DNA of 64,000 nt, from positions 6,014,001 through 6,078,000 of the forward strand of contig NC_134029.1 of assembly GCF_964204645.1 (NCBI RefSeq), given 5' to 3'. Under the pieces are notes generated by a model that was not told the origin of the DNA, did not search any database, and worked only from the letters and a program-made list of their open reading frames with translations. Positions 14,401 through 29,467 of this stretch are shown in pieces; the first letter of the stretch is position 1; the number at the start of each line of letters is the position of its first letter. Origin of the DNA: Tubulanus polymorphus. Taxonomy: Eukaryota > Animalia > Nemertea. The translations under genes and the position numbers were made by a program.

Positions 14401-16377
14401 CGTGGCTTTCTGACGATCAGCCGTTCTGTATCTTGAGATGCAATCAGTCCATACACACCGAATGATCTCAATTGATTCATCTATGACATAGCTAATACCG
14501 GTAACGATGTCAATTCGTCCTTTATAATTGCCATCAGGAAATAGATATATCATACGTACTACATAACTCCGCACTTCCTCTAGTTGTGGGGCGCGTACGT
14601 ATTTATTTAGCACTCGGTAAATAAGTCAAGAACTCGAGAATTTAATCAAATATTCTTCGGTTACATGGTCGATTAAAAACAAAAATGGTATATCAAATCG
14701 AATCATAAGTACGTACATTAATAATGAATAGTACATGGGAAGTACATAGGTTTTCGTATGGTGGCTGATTCGGGCCATACTAAAAAAACTATCTACGGCT
14801 AGAGGCACGATTATGTAACAATTGTGTTTTTTATTGTGCTTTTAGCGGTACAGACATTTTCTTTAGTATGGCCCGAATCAGCCGCCATAGTTGTCATGTA
14901 ATTCTATTTCAACGAAACTGACTAAATTGCATTTCGCTCGTTGTTTAGTTACGTTTTTAAAAGCCGTTCTTCTTTCGTACGGCAGCAGGCGGATCACCAA
15001 GAAGCACTTTCCAGGTGCTGGTTTACGCGCGATCGATGATATTTTCCAAAGGAAATATAGATGAATCCTCTGCACCGGCGCGGTATTGTATTGCCAATTA
15101 CAGGTTTGCGACGTTGGAGCGAAACATATACAATTTTACGCCGAAAAAGTCGATTAATGTTTCTGCTAATATCTCATCCAATAATCCACCAAATAGAAGC
15201 CCGTGGCTGCGTTTATTGAATGCATTTTATACCGTTTCTTAATATCGTGTAATAATGGATCCCCGTTTGCATAAATTATATACTTTCTTTATCAAAGAAC
15301 GTCGATATAGCAACAGCGGCATTGTTACACGCCGTTTTGTTCTTTTTCGTCAGACGGTAAAGACTTTACCGGAGCTTTTAGTATCTGTTGAAAGGTTTTG
15401 CAAAAATCGCTAAAACGCATACGCGTCCAAATCCCAAAGTTTTCCCGAATAAGAAGCGCATGCCAAAGCGCACGAAAGGCTGAATAGAAAACATGACATC
15501 ACAGACATCGAAAAAATGATATCATCACCAGTGTAGAGTGCCAGTGTTTAATGCATTTTATATCTGCATTGACTTTCAACGAGTCTAGTAATATCCGTTG
15601 TCCTGAAATTGGTTCAAGGGGGACACCTGGCAATTTAGTCAAAACAAATATGGATAATCAGAATTTTTATTTGTGTCATGTTACTCATATTCATACCATA
15701 TATAATTTCTACGTACATATTTAAGGCATAACAAATGTTAATTAAAATGGCTATGTCAATGGCTATGTTTCCGGAGAAATCATTATCTTGACGTGAAAAG
15801 ATTAGACACCAAAAGTAAAGTAGTAGATATAAATGGTTCCATGGGAGAGTAGAGAAACTGGGCGCGTAGGAACTGTTTCAACCATTTTTTCTGACTTATC
15901 GAATTTGCAGATCAGGTAAGACGAAAAAAGTCTTAGCGATACAGGCGCGGGAAGCATACGTCATTAGCATATACAGGATAGATAAGCCACGTCTGAGTTT
16001 ACGATAAACTGATCCACAAGCCCCGTCTTAATTGACTCATTAAAGCTGCTATTCGCTCTGGTTTTATTAGATCACGATACCCGTCATCGTGTGTAATTTT
16101 CGGATTCGGCTTTAGTCGTGTTTCGCCATTCACCGAACGGTTTAATTCGATTAAGTCGACGGAGAGGTCGCAGACGAGGTGACGCGCATATCAAACAGCC
16201 CTATACCGCCCGAAAAGATCGTGCTGGCTTCGAACCTTCTTTTGGCTTTAGAGTAATGAGAAAACTCACTTGTGTATTTATTGATGCTTTGAATAAAAAT
16301 AAAACTTACATATGTTACCTAATATTATCGATGATGAATAAGATAGTATGATATTAAGATCAATAAATTATTTCTAA

Positions 16378-17154
16378 TTTGAATATATCGACAATCGAAA
16401 TGAATTGACCAGCAACCAGTAACATCCACTCAAAACTCATTATAAAAAAGACTTGAAAATTCATTAGATAAATGAGAGCCATGCAAAATGAACGCGAAAA
16501 TTCACAAATGTAATTGTTATTTTGAAACGCCAATATTGATGACGTAGTGCACATCGACTTAAACCGTACTCTTAGATAACCCAAGTAGCTGTCAATGTAT
16601 AAAACATAATCGCAACGATTTTACGGCGTCATAAATGTATTGGGTTATTGGCGTGACATTGTATACGTTTCAACTATACTATGATGTGTCACAGTTGACA
16701 ACCAGGATGACGCGTGTAACGTGTCTACTACCAAGACGTCGATGCAAAACTTCATAGAAACAAGAAATCTTAGTTTGAAGTTTATTGGCGCCTTAAAAAA
16801 TGTGACACAAATATATTGCTTTATATTGTTGATAATAAATAAAATAATATGAATTGTATAATTTCAAGGATCGATGAAGTTATTTTGCATTTGAATATAT
16901 CGATAATTGAATTGACCGGCAACTAGTCCAGCCTCAATATATTGATGACGTAGTGAACCTCCTCTCAAAAATGATCATTAAAATCTATCATAAATGAATG
17001 AAATAAGAGTTATGAAATATATCAAATTACAAAATAAACGCTGAAATTCACAATTGTAATTGTCATTTCGAAACGCACATAGTGATGACGTAGCGCACAT
17101 CGACCCCTTGAATAACGCACACTAGGTATCAATGTATATAAACATTATTGTCAA
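16378..17154 (+). repeat. Dispersed repeat family B, two nearby direct copies (16378-16617, 16890-17154)
   Basis: Both start TTGAATATATCGA..GAATTGACC.GCAAC.AGT and contain AAATTCACAA.TGTAATTGT.ATTT.GAAACGC..TGATGACGTAG.GCACATCGAC. Confidence 0.9.
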
Positions 17155-18455
17155 AAGAGATGATAGTTACGCTGATGATTAGGGCTTTTATTTTCAGAAA
17201 CCATTTGGATACCACTTTGTGACTTGCTAATTTATTTACAGTACCGATATTACGGTCCAGGAATGTACGTCATATCATATACTGGAACAAAACAAACTTG
17301 TAACAATCAACGACAAAATATCCCGACGTTTCAGGTCAAATATTGGAATTTGACGACTGTCGAAAGGAAGCCAAGTATTGCAGCATGTACTTAAAGATGG
17401 CTGTTAGCCCAGACACTTAAACGAGTATATGTAAATAGATGTTCGGATGTGAGCGCATTCTAATTGATTTGTTATCATCGCCTTGTATATAAAGAATCTT
17501 CATCGATATCAAATATCGATTTTCTTGAATTTCTTTAAAGTGTCAATTCTAAAAAATATAGCAACAGAAAGAGAATCCCAGATGAAAAAAGTCAGAAAAT
17601 GTTTCCTTGAGTTTCGAGTTTAATAGTTACCTTTAGGGATACTAGATGACTATTTGGATATAGTCGAAACGTTGAATAAACTACCAGCTCAAGGAATCAT
17701 TTCGGACTTTGATTTTTCGTCATTATTGTCGGATTCTCTTTATATGATCATCGCAACACTGATAAAGTGTCTTATCAATCATGATTTAAATATTGTAATT
17801 TACATGAACTATCCTTACACCACGAAGTGTTCCCGAAAATTAGGAAGGTCTCGACGACAACAGTAGTCGGAAAGTACGTTCAATCATAGCGAAAACTGCG
17901 ACAGACGTCGGTTCATTAGCGCCTGGATTCGTCGATGTAATGTCTCAAGTGCGCGAAAAAAAACAACTCTCAGAGAGCGTGCATCGATTGTCGAGAGAGA
18001 CAAGAAACAAAGAAAAACGTTTCACAATCACAGTACCGTTTCCATTAAAAAGTACAGTTATAAGCATAATAACCGGTTGGAAGAGAAAAAGTCATCCGCG
18101 TAGCTAGAGACAAGAGAAATTGGATACCCGATGAAATACACTCTCTTACAAGTCTTTTACGATGACGGTAAGCCTATTCCCTTACCGGATGCTTATTTCA
18201 CTTTTTCTCCACTGGCTAATGGAGCGACGTATAATCCTCTGTTATTTGCTAACAAAGAGGATTTAAAACTTTCTTCAAAATACTTCGCGATAAAGCTTTT
18301 ACGATGCATTGCCACTAAACGGTCTGCTGATTTTTCGTGTTATTTTGATATAGCTTTGCTTTGGGATTGTGATTTTCGATTCCTTTTTCGTCGTCGAGAT
18401 CGGCGTTTGCGACATCTGGGGGAGGAGCGATTGATGATATTCAATGATACAAGAG

Positions 18456-18599
18456 TAGGGCCGTATTTAGCGGGGGCGGGGTGTGATTGCCGATATTTTA
18501 GGAAAGTGCACTTTTTGCAAATATCATTGTTTTATCCTATAGCGCTGCCCTTTTTCGGGTTTCTCTGCCCCCAAATATCATAAGATAGATATGGCCCTG
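18456..18599. mobile_element. MITE-like element (CAGGGCCGTA-type ends)
   Basis: Ends AGGGCCGTATTTAG / TAGATATGGCCCTG are imperfect inverted repeats; interior resembles 53704-53830. Confidence 0.7.
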
Positions 18600-21595
18600 A
18601 TTTTCCACCTTCCCGTAGATTTCATATCTACAAATGATGGTATTTTCGAGATGGTATTTTCAGACATGATCATGTTGCTTAATTACCTCACCAACTTTAA
18701 TGGATCATTCGTCAGCTGTATACGCATAATATCCGTATCTTACAATGTTGTGAATCAGGGGAAAATAAAAAATGGATAAATTTCCTTGAGTTGACTGGTA
18801 CACGATACGTGTACCTGTATGGAAGTGTATTTCAATAAACGCTCTCCCTTCCCTGTTCAGTAGAATCAATAAACCACGAGAATATACTCATGGAAATTAA
18901 TTTTATACCTAATAAATACTTGAATACTTGTATTCAAGCTTTCCGTAGAATGAACTTACGATGCTCTCGGTGGTATTTTACGGTGTACAATACTAGCGGA
19001 AAATCACACTGAATTACTCATGACGGTATCATATTCAGTAAAATTTCATGAATTCTATCGAATGTGATAGTACACGAGCAGGCGGCCCAATCAGCGACGG
19101 AGATGTATCTACCGAAAGCATCTTGGCGTTAAGATATTTTGTCTTGTGCGAAGCCCGTAACGAAATATTTTCCGATTGCAGACGATTTCCATATGAACGG
19201 AATAATAAACAACGACGCAGAACGTTTTTACTCTCATTTGCCGCCGACCGAATATCCTTTAAGCGTAGCTGAAGAGGTTTTCAGGAGACATTCAGCATCG
19301 AAATCAATTCATACACGTACTTCTGAATTATATGGAAGGGATCGTACTGCGACGCGACGCACATATTAGAAATAATTGACGAGCCGAAAACCGTTCTCAC
19401 TGCGGGGAATGTTACGAGGACTATTCATTTACATTTCACAAGCCCATCTGGCATGTTCTGCGTATACACGAGTCTAGAACTTATAGTTTTGAGTTGATGG
19501 TAAATATATGCGTATATATCAAGGTTATGGGATGAAATGGTGTCCACTAGGAATAGCCAGCTAGTTAGTTCTGCTTGTTGAACTGAAATTACATTACGCC
19601 CACTACTCGCCCCAATTTTGCCCAGACTCTGTGGTCGCAGCAAATACCAAAGACTCACGTACTTTAAGATCGCCTGTGTATGTTGTAACGACGTCCGCTG
19701 AACGGCAGATTGTTCCTAATTGCAACTTCATTAATCGTCTTTAGTAATTTGCATCGACTAAATAGGTTCGGACGTTTCGATGGCCGGAATAATTCGGGCT
19801 AATTGATTCTCATTCGGGATTCATTTCAAGGTCTGAAGAATGTCTAATCTTGTTCATAATGATGTCGTAATACTCGATTTACTACCGCGCGAGATGCATA
19901 ATTCCTGATATCTACGCGCTGATGATATTCGAAAGTGACGCTTCTCCTACAAAACTGTGATATAGGTTTAGACAACAGGCGAGAAATCGATGTTTAACAT
20001 TAATTATCGGTTATTAAACAGAAAACACGCCGATGTTTTTCAAATAGCTGCCATCCTGTTTATACACTTCCATTATACTCGCATGGCTCAGTATCATTTG
20101 ATTAGGCAACATTCTCACTGGATTATACGATCGGGGAGACTATTCATCAAACCTCTTGGATGTTCTGTAAATAGGAATGGTTCAATCGAAATTGAACTCA
20201 TTAATTTGTGTATAGCTAAACGGACTATTGCTTGTTAAATTCAATTTCACACGAGGTTAAAGTTCAATGTATTTTGTGATGTGGCATATATCAGGCATTA
20301 CAGCATGCGATGACGCCGCGGCTTCGATAGGTTATAGCAGTACCAATTGTGCGTTGCCCTCTCGGTGATTGCTGCCCGACGGGACAGAACTAAATTATAT
20401 CGACAGACGATTCTCATGGTAAACAGAACGAGTTCATCCCTCGCTCACAACTCTTCACGGTCTGTGGTCGACTAATCCGTTTGAAAAACAGCGGATCACA
20501 AACATTTGATCCGTAGATGTGGTTCGTCACTCAGTTTGGTCTCAGCGTCGCGACGGTCTCCAACTAGTGGGTCTATCTATTTGTGTGCGCGTGTGTATAA
20601 AAATATATCAATTATCGGGAATTCGTCTCAGATGCAATAATTGCTTTTGACTAATGGTACGTCGTGATAAGGAGCAAGATTCCCGAAAATGAAGTATATA
20701 TAAACAATTTAAGCAGCGATGCGTTTTGCATTAAGTGACGCTGGCTTTACATAGAATCAACAAATCATTCCGGTCTCAATACTTCTTCGTATTACTTTTC
20801 TGTCACGACGATATTCATTCGGGGATGTTACTTTTTTAACCATTTTCAGAATCTTTCACCGAACCGAAATATGGAGAAGATAATCTTAATGGCAAAAATC
20901 GATCGTTTGTATGATCATATACTGCGATTATTTTTCGCGCACTTCACGTGTTCTGTATAATCGTCTGCGAAATTCATATTCGCGTCACGACTCCACGCAT
21001 CTGCGTGCGTCGCAAGGTGAAGATTACGTTACCACCCGACACTCTTCCGATCGCTCTATTCATCGGGTATATGGGTAACAATCTAGTAATTGGAGGTGTC
21101 GGATTGAATGCTATAACCTGACGTTGTCAATAATACTTCAACTACTCGGGTGCTCAGCGGTAAAACGACATCGAATAGGCCTCTTCGATCCTGTTAACGC
21201 GATCTGTGCATGGAAAGAATGCCTGGATCAATACGAGAAACTGGTGATTTAACAATTTCCCCTAAGCTTCCGGATTATTTGCTTTATACACAATCTAATT
21301 CTGGCTAGATTTCACCGTGTCATCCATTTACCCGGCGCGGAGCTCAGTCTCTCGCGCGTGCGCATTTTCTGATTCATGCGGTTTGAATTAGGCGTTTGAC
21401 CGTGTGACATTTCAACGCAATAATGTGCCGTCAAAGGTTTAATGTTAACAATTGTTAATATCTGACATTTTTGAGTGACTGGATGCTGGATTTAGAACAT
21501 TTATATTCATTTCTTTCATAGAGAAGTTTTTTCCTAACGACTCCTTACGTATTTTGGTGGATGCAGTGGAGATGGTGCTGATGGTATCCACTCAA

Positions 21596-21895
21596 CCAGT
21601 TGACCAGTCGTTCAGTCACCCAGTCGACTAGTCAACTAGCCAACTAGTCGATGAGTGTCCAGTCCTCTAGTCGGCCAGCCGACGAGTCGTCCAGTCATCC
21701 AGTTGGCTAGTCATGAGTCGTCCAGTCATCCAGTCGGCTAGTCGATGAGTCGTCCAGTCATCCAGTCGGCTAGTCGATGAGTCGTCCAGTCATCCAGTCG
21801 GCTAGTCGACGAGTCGTCCAATCATCCAGTCGGCTAGTCGACGAGTTGTCCAGTCATCCAGTTGTCCAATCGTCCATTTTACCCAGTCGCCCAGT
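21596..21895. repeat. Minisatellite, 32-bp unit built from ~8-bp subunits
   Basis: Unit GAGTCGTCCAGTCATCCAGTCGGCTAGTCGAT, near-perfect in the centre and degenerate at the edges. Confidence 0.95.
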
Positions 21896-24800
21896 ATATC
21901 TTGTTGTCGTGCAGCAGGCACCCCGAGTTTTCAACCGTAAATATACGTTAACGAATAAAACTCTGGAATTGCGATGCACGATCAAAAGAGAACGCGAAAC
22001 GTGTACATAAGAACATTTCCATGTGAGCAACAATGGATCCCAAATCAAACACAAAGCGTATTTGTAAAATACAGCGCCGGCGCAGTCGTTCAATATTGAC
22101 TGATGGTAACTATTAACAGCGTGGCCGCCGTCACGTTGCGGGTAACTGCCGTATATTGGCAGCTCTTTATTTATTCCCAAAGCATGCTTTGATTTTTATG
22201 TACTAGGACATTACATGCAATTACTGCAGCCGAAATTCGCATTACATTCTACACTTGAGTCGGTTCGAACGATGTAATATATTACTCCTTGAATTACAAA
22301 TTGTATTTTCCGACCGTGTATAGACGAGCACAGACGACTTGGCTGATAGATAAATCACTAACTACTCAACGAAAAGGCTCGTCAGTGCTTCTCGAGGAGT
22401 GCATTCGTATAGACATTTAAAAGAAAATGTATTACATTCGTTAAGTCAATATTACCCACTCATTGCGGATAATTGTCTGTTTTCTGGGATTGTAAACACT
22501 CATTTATCCTACACATTCTAATATGCGTCACAGTTCCTGGTGATGATGTAGGAGATTTGAGCTGCGCCGTAAGCCGAATATAGTCATTGTGCCAGGACTG
22601 GAAATGTCATGAAAAATAATTAGCTAACTGCGCGGCCAAATTGGTGCACAATAAGCACTGATCTTCGATGAAAATTAAAGATAGGTCTTAGAGATTGATG
22701 CAGCCTTAAGAGAAGCTACTAACGATTTTACAACCTGTACTCACTCGGAATCTAGAAAATAAACGATAAATATGATCCAGCTGTGATTCGGAGACAAAAC
22801 CTTTAGTTTATTCGGCCAAAAGCTGAATTAAAAACTGACCCGAATGCTGGTCAAAGGATCTACCTATATACTGTATATTTGCACTAGGATATGACTGTAT
22901 GGGTCCTATGGTTTGAAATCGGTTATCCACTCATTTGCACATTTTCGTGGAATTGCGGGTGCGTCGTGTCCGCAATGATCGTGCTCGTACTCGTTGTAAC
23001 GCCGATAGTTACATTTCTCGCGGGATCTCTTGAATACACACACTGGAGACAGCACTGCTTTATAGTATCGGTCAGAATATACAAGTTATAGCCGCCCCTT
23101 GTGGTTTCTCCATCCGCTGTCTACGTCACGTATATCACTGAATTCGTCTCAGTAGAGTCAATAATTACTATCAGTTTGACAATGACTGATTTGCCGAAAC
23201 GATGATTCAAAGATGACTCTGCGTTCTTCATTCTTTTGTGGGCGTGACGACTATCGCTGTTCGCAAATGTACCTAGCGAACGTGTTCGGAGAATGGAGGC
23301 CATCGTTATCCTTGCTGAAAAACATCTTGGGCAACATGATAGTGTACATGAATAAGTCGATATGGAAGTCAACAAGTTCGGAATTCATGAAATGTCATTT
23401 CCCATGTGATAGGTTACTTTCACTGGTTAAAGCGCGCGAATACTATTATAGACATCCGCCGCCTCATACGATAGCTGCTGATGATGATGCGTAATTGTTT
23501 GTAAAATTTGAAGATTATATCGTCCTCACTAGTCTCGGAAACCGTCTGCGGTCCTCGCTTCCTATCGCGTTTACCGTGCAAGTCAGTAATTGATTTGAAA
23601 ATCTGAGTTAAGTGGCTTTTATCATCAGTTCTACCACTAATAGAATGCCACTCAAGACCTGATGGAAATATTCACTCCACGCAAAGTCACCAACACACGA
23701 AAATATTGGATGTTGTTATGAGAATTCTCCTTGAGGGCCCTTTTGTGTCGGTCGATACGGATATCCCCCATCTTCGGAAAACTTATCCACCAAAAGTTTG
23801 CGAAATGATCTTATGTAGAATTTTCCGAGTTATACTTAGATGATATACGACCCAATTTCTCATTTGATTACTAGGTGAATTAAATATAGGGCTCGCTGCG
23901 ACCGCTGAAACCCCCTGGTGTAGCAGGGAGATTGCTGTGCACAATGACCCGAAGTGGGGCCGTGGTCACTGGCGATCACTCCCGGCCGCAATCACCGAGA
24001 TAAATTAATTCAGCGACACCCGACCACGCCATTCATCAATCATGACGACAGAGATCAATATATGTTTGGTTCTAATTGATCATTTTCCCCATTCTTGCGA
24101 CGATATAAACCCAGCCTCCGACTGCGATAACTACAGATTTCTATTTGCTTCTCTTTTTTTGCGTCAGCCTTCCCTTTAACATTTCATTTCATTGAGCATA
24201 ATGCCTATTCTATATGTAAAATCTGTATGCCCTATGGATGAAATTGGCTTCTTATCCTTGATTTGTATTCCTTCGCCTTAGTGCCATGAATTCGTTGACT
24301 GCTCTTGATATTTTTGTTAAGTCGAACGGAAAATTTCTGCCATAAACTTTATCAACTGAATAACGTCATCGTAAAGTCGTAATTGATGTCATTACAATAT
24401 AGCCATTAAGTCGTAAGGTGTCAGTCAATGGGAATTACTGTCAGGCATGGAAACCGCGCGTCGATTTCACAATTAAAATGTAAATCGAATCTTTGTGTGA
24501 CGTGAACGTAATGGGCCGCTTATATTCTATCTGTTTTGTGCAATTCTCGCGTGTTTTCCTCGCGAAGCCTTAGGCAACTATTTGAAATGAATACCGTGCG
24601 AGTGCGTACGATGCGGCTACAACAGTCCTGACAAAACTGCGTTTCCAACATCTGTGTTATTCGTGCATATTTCGCCACGAAAGCATTTTAATGTGAAATA
24701 AATCTATAATTTCTCGTAATTGTTACTATTGAGTGTACGGCTCAGCCGCCATTACCGTGTCCTTCGTCGTGTTTTCTTCTCGCACGTTCCTGTCGAGCAA

Positions 24801-25652
24801 AACGAGCAGATCTATCAATGTCATACGCCCTCGCAGGGATTCGAACCTGATGGCGGCATCCCAAGAGGGGCATCATGTCAATATTCTGACGACAATGTGT
24901 AGATATATAGGTTTTTTTCTCTCTGAAAAACTGGAAAACGTATCTACACTCTGCTGATGTAGTAAAAACGAAGCCATATGTGATTTTGAGATATTCGGCG
25001 TCGACAACTCAGACTTATGGCGTTCGCGTATAGATGTATGTAACAGGAAAGCTTTATGAATTCGATTTCCTAACAATCCGGATATCCGTCTGTCGATACG
25101 ACTTATTATTCCAGTTCCCATGACGGTAATATCGCCGATTGAAAAAAGCACCACCACATACTCGACTTGTCAACCGGCATTTGATATTATTAACAATAGG
25201 CGCGCGACTGGCGAAGGGAAGCCGAATAACGGATAATTCAAATGCAACCGACGTGATGAGTTATGCCATTTGACTTTTTCTCGTTGACGGCCTTGTCCGG
25301 CTGTGATTGAAAATATTTCACCCCGTGGTATTTTATGGTCGAATCGAAGGTAATTGAGGAGATACTTATGGAGCACATAATGTCTAGTGATCGTATTCGC
25401 AATGTTAACAACAGCTCCACCTATTTTTCATGTATATGTTACCTCATTAAAAACCACTTCCGGTTGCAGAAGCATCCATCATTCGTCTCATTTGCCGCTA
25501 ATTCGCCCATCGCAATTCTAAAAGTTTCTATCATTTCGATCTGAGATAATCGGACCTAAATTATATATATCTTTACGAAATATGTTTACCAAAATGATGG
25601 TACTCTTTACAAATATAATCGTAACCGAACGAATCCACGTGAATGGCAGGGA

Positions 25653-25816
25653 CAGGGGTGGATACAGCATTTTGAAAGGGGGAGGGCGCAAATAAAAGCA
25701 ATAACCCACTATAAATTGCGCAGTTAACTAGTTTATTGCATATTATAGCGTCTTGAAAATATTCTTCGCTCGGCATAAATAGGGATAGAGGCACACACCG
25801 TCTGGATCCGCCCTTG
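25653..25816. mobile_element. MITE-like element (CAGGGGCGGATCCAG-type TIRs)
   Basis: CAGGGGTGGATACAG ... CTGGATCCGCCCTTG inverted ends. Confidence 0.75.
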
Positions 25817-28800
25817 AGGGAGATAGGTTCTCTTGTCTACTAATGTTGGAGGCATCACTACGAGAAGGAAAACTGAGACACGGTGTATGAGATATAGAGA
25901 AAGCTGATGCTAGTTTAGCTGGCTAACACCACACGGGAGTCGCGCATCAAGCCCACCAGTTTTTATTGGACCGTTCCGCAGCTCGACTCGTATCTCGTAA
26001 CTCGGCGGTGTTCATTGATTCGTGCCGTTTGATAAATGTAATTAGATCGACGATGCTCGTCGTTCTCTTGCTAAACTCCAGTTTTCCATTTGTCTTCCTT
26101 GACTTGTTTGATTTTGTGAAACTGGCTGTGGAGAAATTCATTCTGCGATAAGAGACGACACAATCGATCGATAGCGAGTTGCAAACTGCGGAAAGAATCT
26201 TAGTTTTTAATCGCCGTCTTATTCCAGCGGTGTATGCGTACGCATTCAAACATTCCAAGAATTGCAAACATTGAAAAAAGAACTGCTCTGTGTCGCCAGC
26301 TTAGCCGATCCAACGCGGGTGGAACCCCACGCATTCTGGCAGGCATCTCCCGCCAGCCTTCATTGAACATTGGCGAGAAACGAGAAAAAACTGATAGCAA
26401 AAAACATTCAACAACTTTTACCGAATATGACACGACTGTATCTCGTCTCCTCGAAACAAATGTCAAAGTTCCAATCGCATAAATTTCTGCTTTTTTCCCT
26501 CAATAACGAAACGCATCAGGTTCAGGGAAAATGTCTATTCGGGGACACAGTAAATATTCGTACACATATTTATCAACCTTGTTTTTTTTCTATCTGCGTG
26601 CTCGCTTCAGCGGCCTTGCTTAGTCGTCAGAGAAATTAGAAAATGATCAACGTACTCCAAATTTATGTTCCCTAATACATCGTATACGTTTGAATTGAAT
26701 AAAACTTTGTCCAAATAGACTGTATTTTAATTAATACTTTGTACATATCTTTTTCTTTTCTTAAATTAACTTGAACTGGAGGTCACCTCTTTTGTAGTAG
26801 GATACGTGGCTGTTTGTTTCTCTGTCCGGTAAATTGATTCGACCAATCAACAAGGGCGTATTATGAGGCGCTATATGAACTAAGATGAACCGATGATTCA
26901 ATGTCTTATTGTCGCACGAACGCGCAGGAAATACACTTGTGTCAACAACGACGAAAAGTTCATTTGCAACTTAGTTCATTTTTCAAACAACCGTCGTTGA
27001 GACGCTATTGTGTAACGGTATTCCTCATCAAGCTTTCAAGTACTTCCATACGCCAGATTCATTCTCATTTCGAAATGGATGCCATCTTTTTCGCGATCTA
27101 CTCAATGTTTAACAGTTGTTTCGGATACCATCGACGAAATGTCTTTTTCCGTTTTAATGAACGCTGATCGATGTTTATAACGAAAAAAGTTTCGTCTTCC
27201 ATCTCAGAATATAGATTCACTTTTGTAGGCGATTATGTTGTTTATTCACTCGGGTTCCAGCTGTTTTTAAAATCATTATTTTCTAAAGGAACTCATAATT
27301 ACTCGCCAATGGCAATATGCGGTGACACAGTATAATTAATAGTTGATAAGGTATCAAAGCAGTATGCGTTATGTCGATGGAATAGAAGCTAGGGTTTATA
27401 GATTGAGATTTTGTTTTCTATATTACGAAAATCCACGCCTGATTGGTCTCAGACACGGCATCTCTCCAATCAACCAATCGGAACTGATGTCGAATGTGAG
27501 CTGGCTCGCAATCGACCAATCAGGTGATCGGTAGTGAATTGAAAATGCTATCTAGGCTCAAGGACGTGTAACCTAGTTGCGTCCGTGTTAAGGCTCCATC
27601 ATGTTAATCCCGAAATAGCGTCGTATGAAATATGCTTTGATCAACTCTCAGTGTTGAGAGTGTTCTTAGTGCAAATGATTCTATCATTTGCACTGTGTCT
27701 CTAATGAAGGTTTAATTAATAACATACAGCAGAGATACCGTCGCACCTGTTGCATCATCGTGAATCGTGTCGCAGGTGTTCGGGTTCGAGCGAGATGGGC
27801 GATATCCTTAATGACTTTCCTTGGCTATCTCCTTCGCGTTCCGATGCAGCTATACGATAGCCAAGAGATGGACATTAATTCAGCACGACAAGGACAATCG
27901 GACATCGGATCGACGTGCATTCAATGTCAAGCGAATTCCAGGCTTTATTCACGCCGAAGCTTCTATCAAACACGACGCTGGCTTGTTATTAAAAACATCC
28001 CGCATTTTGTGTCGTGCTCGCGGCAGTTCTCATTAATAAACCATCTCTACAGCTGCAGAGAAGCTCCGTGTTATTCATCGTCTTTCGAATTGTATATCTC
28101 GGTTTTCTTCTCATATATACGTGATCGAAACGATACTCACCATGGTCTCCTATTTCATTATTCACCTATGTTACGTTATCCTGAAATCCGGCGCCGCGAG
28201 TCCGAGAATCATGAAAACGGCGATGTATATTCAGCACCATGCCGCTTGTTGTCTTGCGAACATATTTCCACAGCCATCAACATTAGCCGAAGCAAATATT
28301 GGCAATATTTCAGTCAGTGGACAATAATTGCGTGTGCCTGTTACGCTATTTATGAAAACATACCGCGTACGGTGGCATTTTGTAAGTGGAGGTTGATATT
28401 GATAATTAACAGTATCCGTAACGATGAAATACGATGAAATATTGAATAAGGTATCCCCGTATAACAGTTCTTACAGCCTATAATGAATCTGTTTTGTTTT
28501 TAGCCAATTTTTCCCCATACCAGCATACCAAAAAGCAATCGATTTCTTAGTGCATAAGAAAAATTTGGAGGATGGCGGGGATTGGTAAACCCATTTTTTA
28601 ATGGAGAAAGCAATTCCTCGGTAGCTGGTTGACCTTAGACTCTTCAAATACCTAGATCCCAATATCATGTACGCGACGAAAGAGATGCTGAACTGTTAAC
28701 GCCTCGAAATACCCGACACGTTTTATCGATGACCTCGGAAGCGAGTATAATCAACACAAATCATTCGGGTCCAGTTGAACGTGGTCGTCAAATGTCGCTA

Positions 28801-29209
28801 CACTGATTCTAGCCTGAAACCTAACCGGCGATCAACACCCTAGTCGCTACTTAAACGCGATCTTGGCCCATAATTATGTAGCCGTGCCGCGTATATTTAT
28901 GGCCAGTCGAAGTCATGTCACTCGGTACGTGCGAAATCGACGACGAGTTATTTTGTCTGGATGAATTATCACTGTTCGTTCGTTACTTCCGGCACTCCAA
29001 ACGACACTTTCTCTATATACTTGTAACTAGAACTGACCAATGGCGAGAAGCCACATTTCTACTAATATGTAACTGTGATAACAAACTTAAAATTCGAAAC
29101 TCTGAATCGAATCCTGTAAATGTGATGATGAATTATACATAAATGATTTTGACGTTGATGAGCATTTTAGGAAATTTGCCAAATGCACTAAATCAATCTA
29201 GGAATATGG

Positions 29210-29467
29210 CAGGGGTGGTTCCAAGCGGTGGGTGCAGGGATGCACACCCCCTCCTAAAGATATCAAATTGCCCTTACATTTTACGCGTGTATGGTTAATA
29301 GAAAATATCAAAGCTGATATACTTAGAAATATTCATGAGCTTGTTCGCTGTATTTCCAAGATGAGTAATATTTCTCACGAGCTTTCTTTTTCGATGCCCT
29401 TTTTATTATGTAATGCCCTCTTTTGGGGATGTACCTCGCCCTGAATCAGACCCTAGATCCGCTCCTG
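29210..29467. mobile_element. MITE-like element (same TIR type as 25653)
   Basis: CAGGGGTGGTTCCA ... TAGATCCGCTCCTG inverted ends with G-rich/C-rich subterminal tracts. Confidence 0.7.

Noticed and set aside
21596-21895. 32-bp repeats resembling a CRISPR array; ORF 21777-22010
   Set aside because: Head-to-tail repeats with no unique spacers, no cas genes, eukaryotic context; the ORF is a repeat artefact.
25947-26482. Cluster of short ORFs on both strands
   Set aside because: No domain, transposase motif or consistent splice chain found.
27688-28437. 249-aa ORF
   Set aside because: Non-ATG start, no motif and random-looking composition; a minus-strand ATG|GTGAGT at ~28141 leads to no convincing downstream exon.
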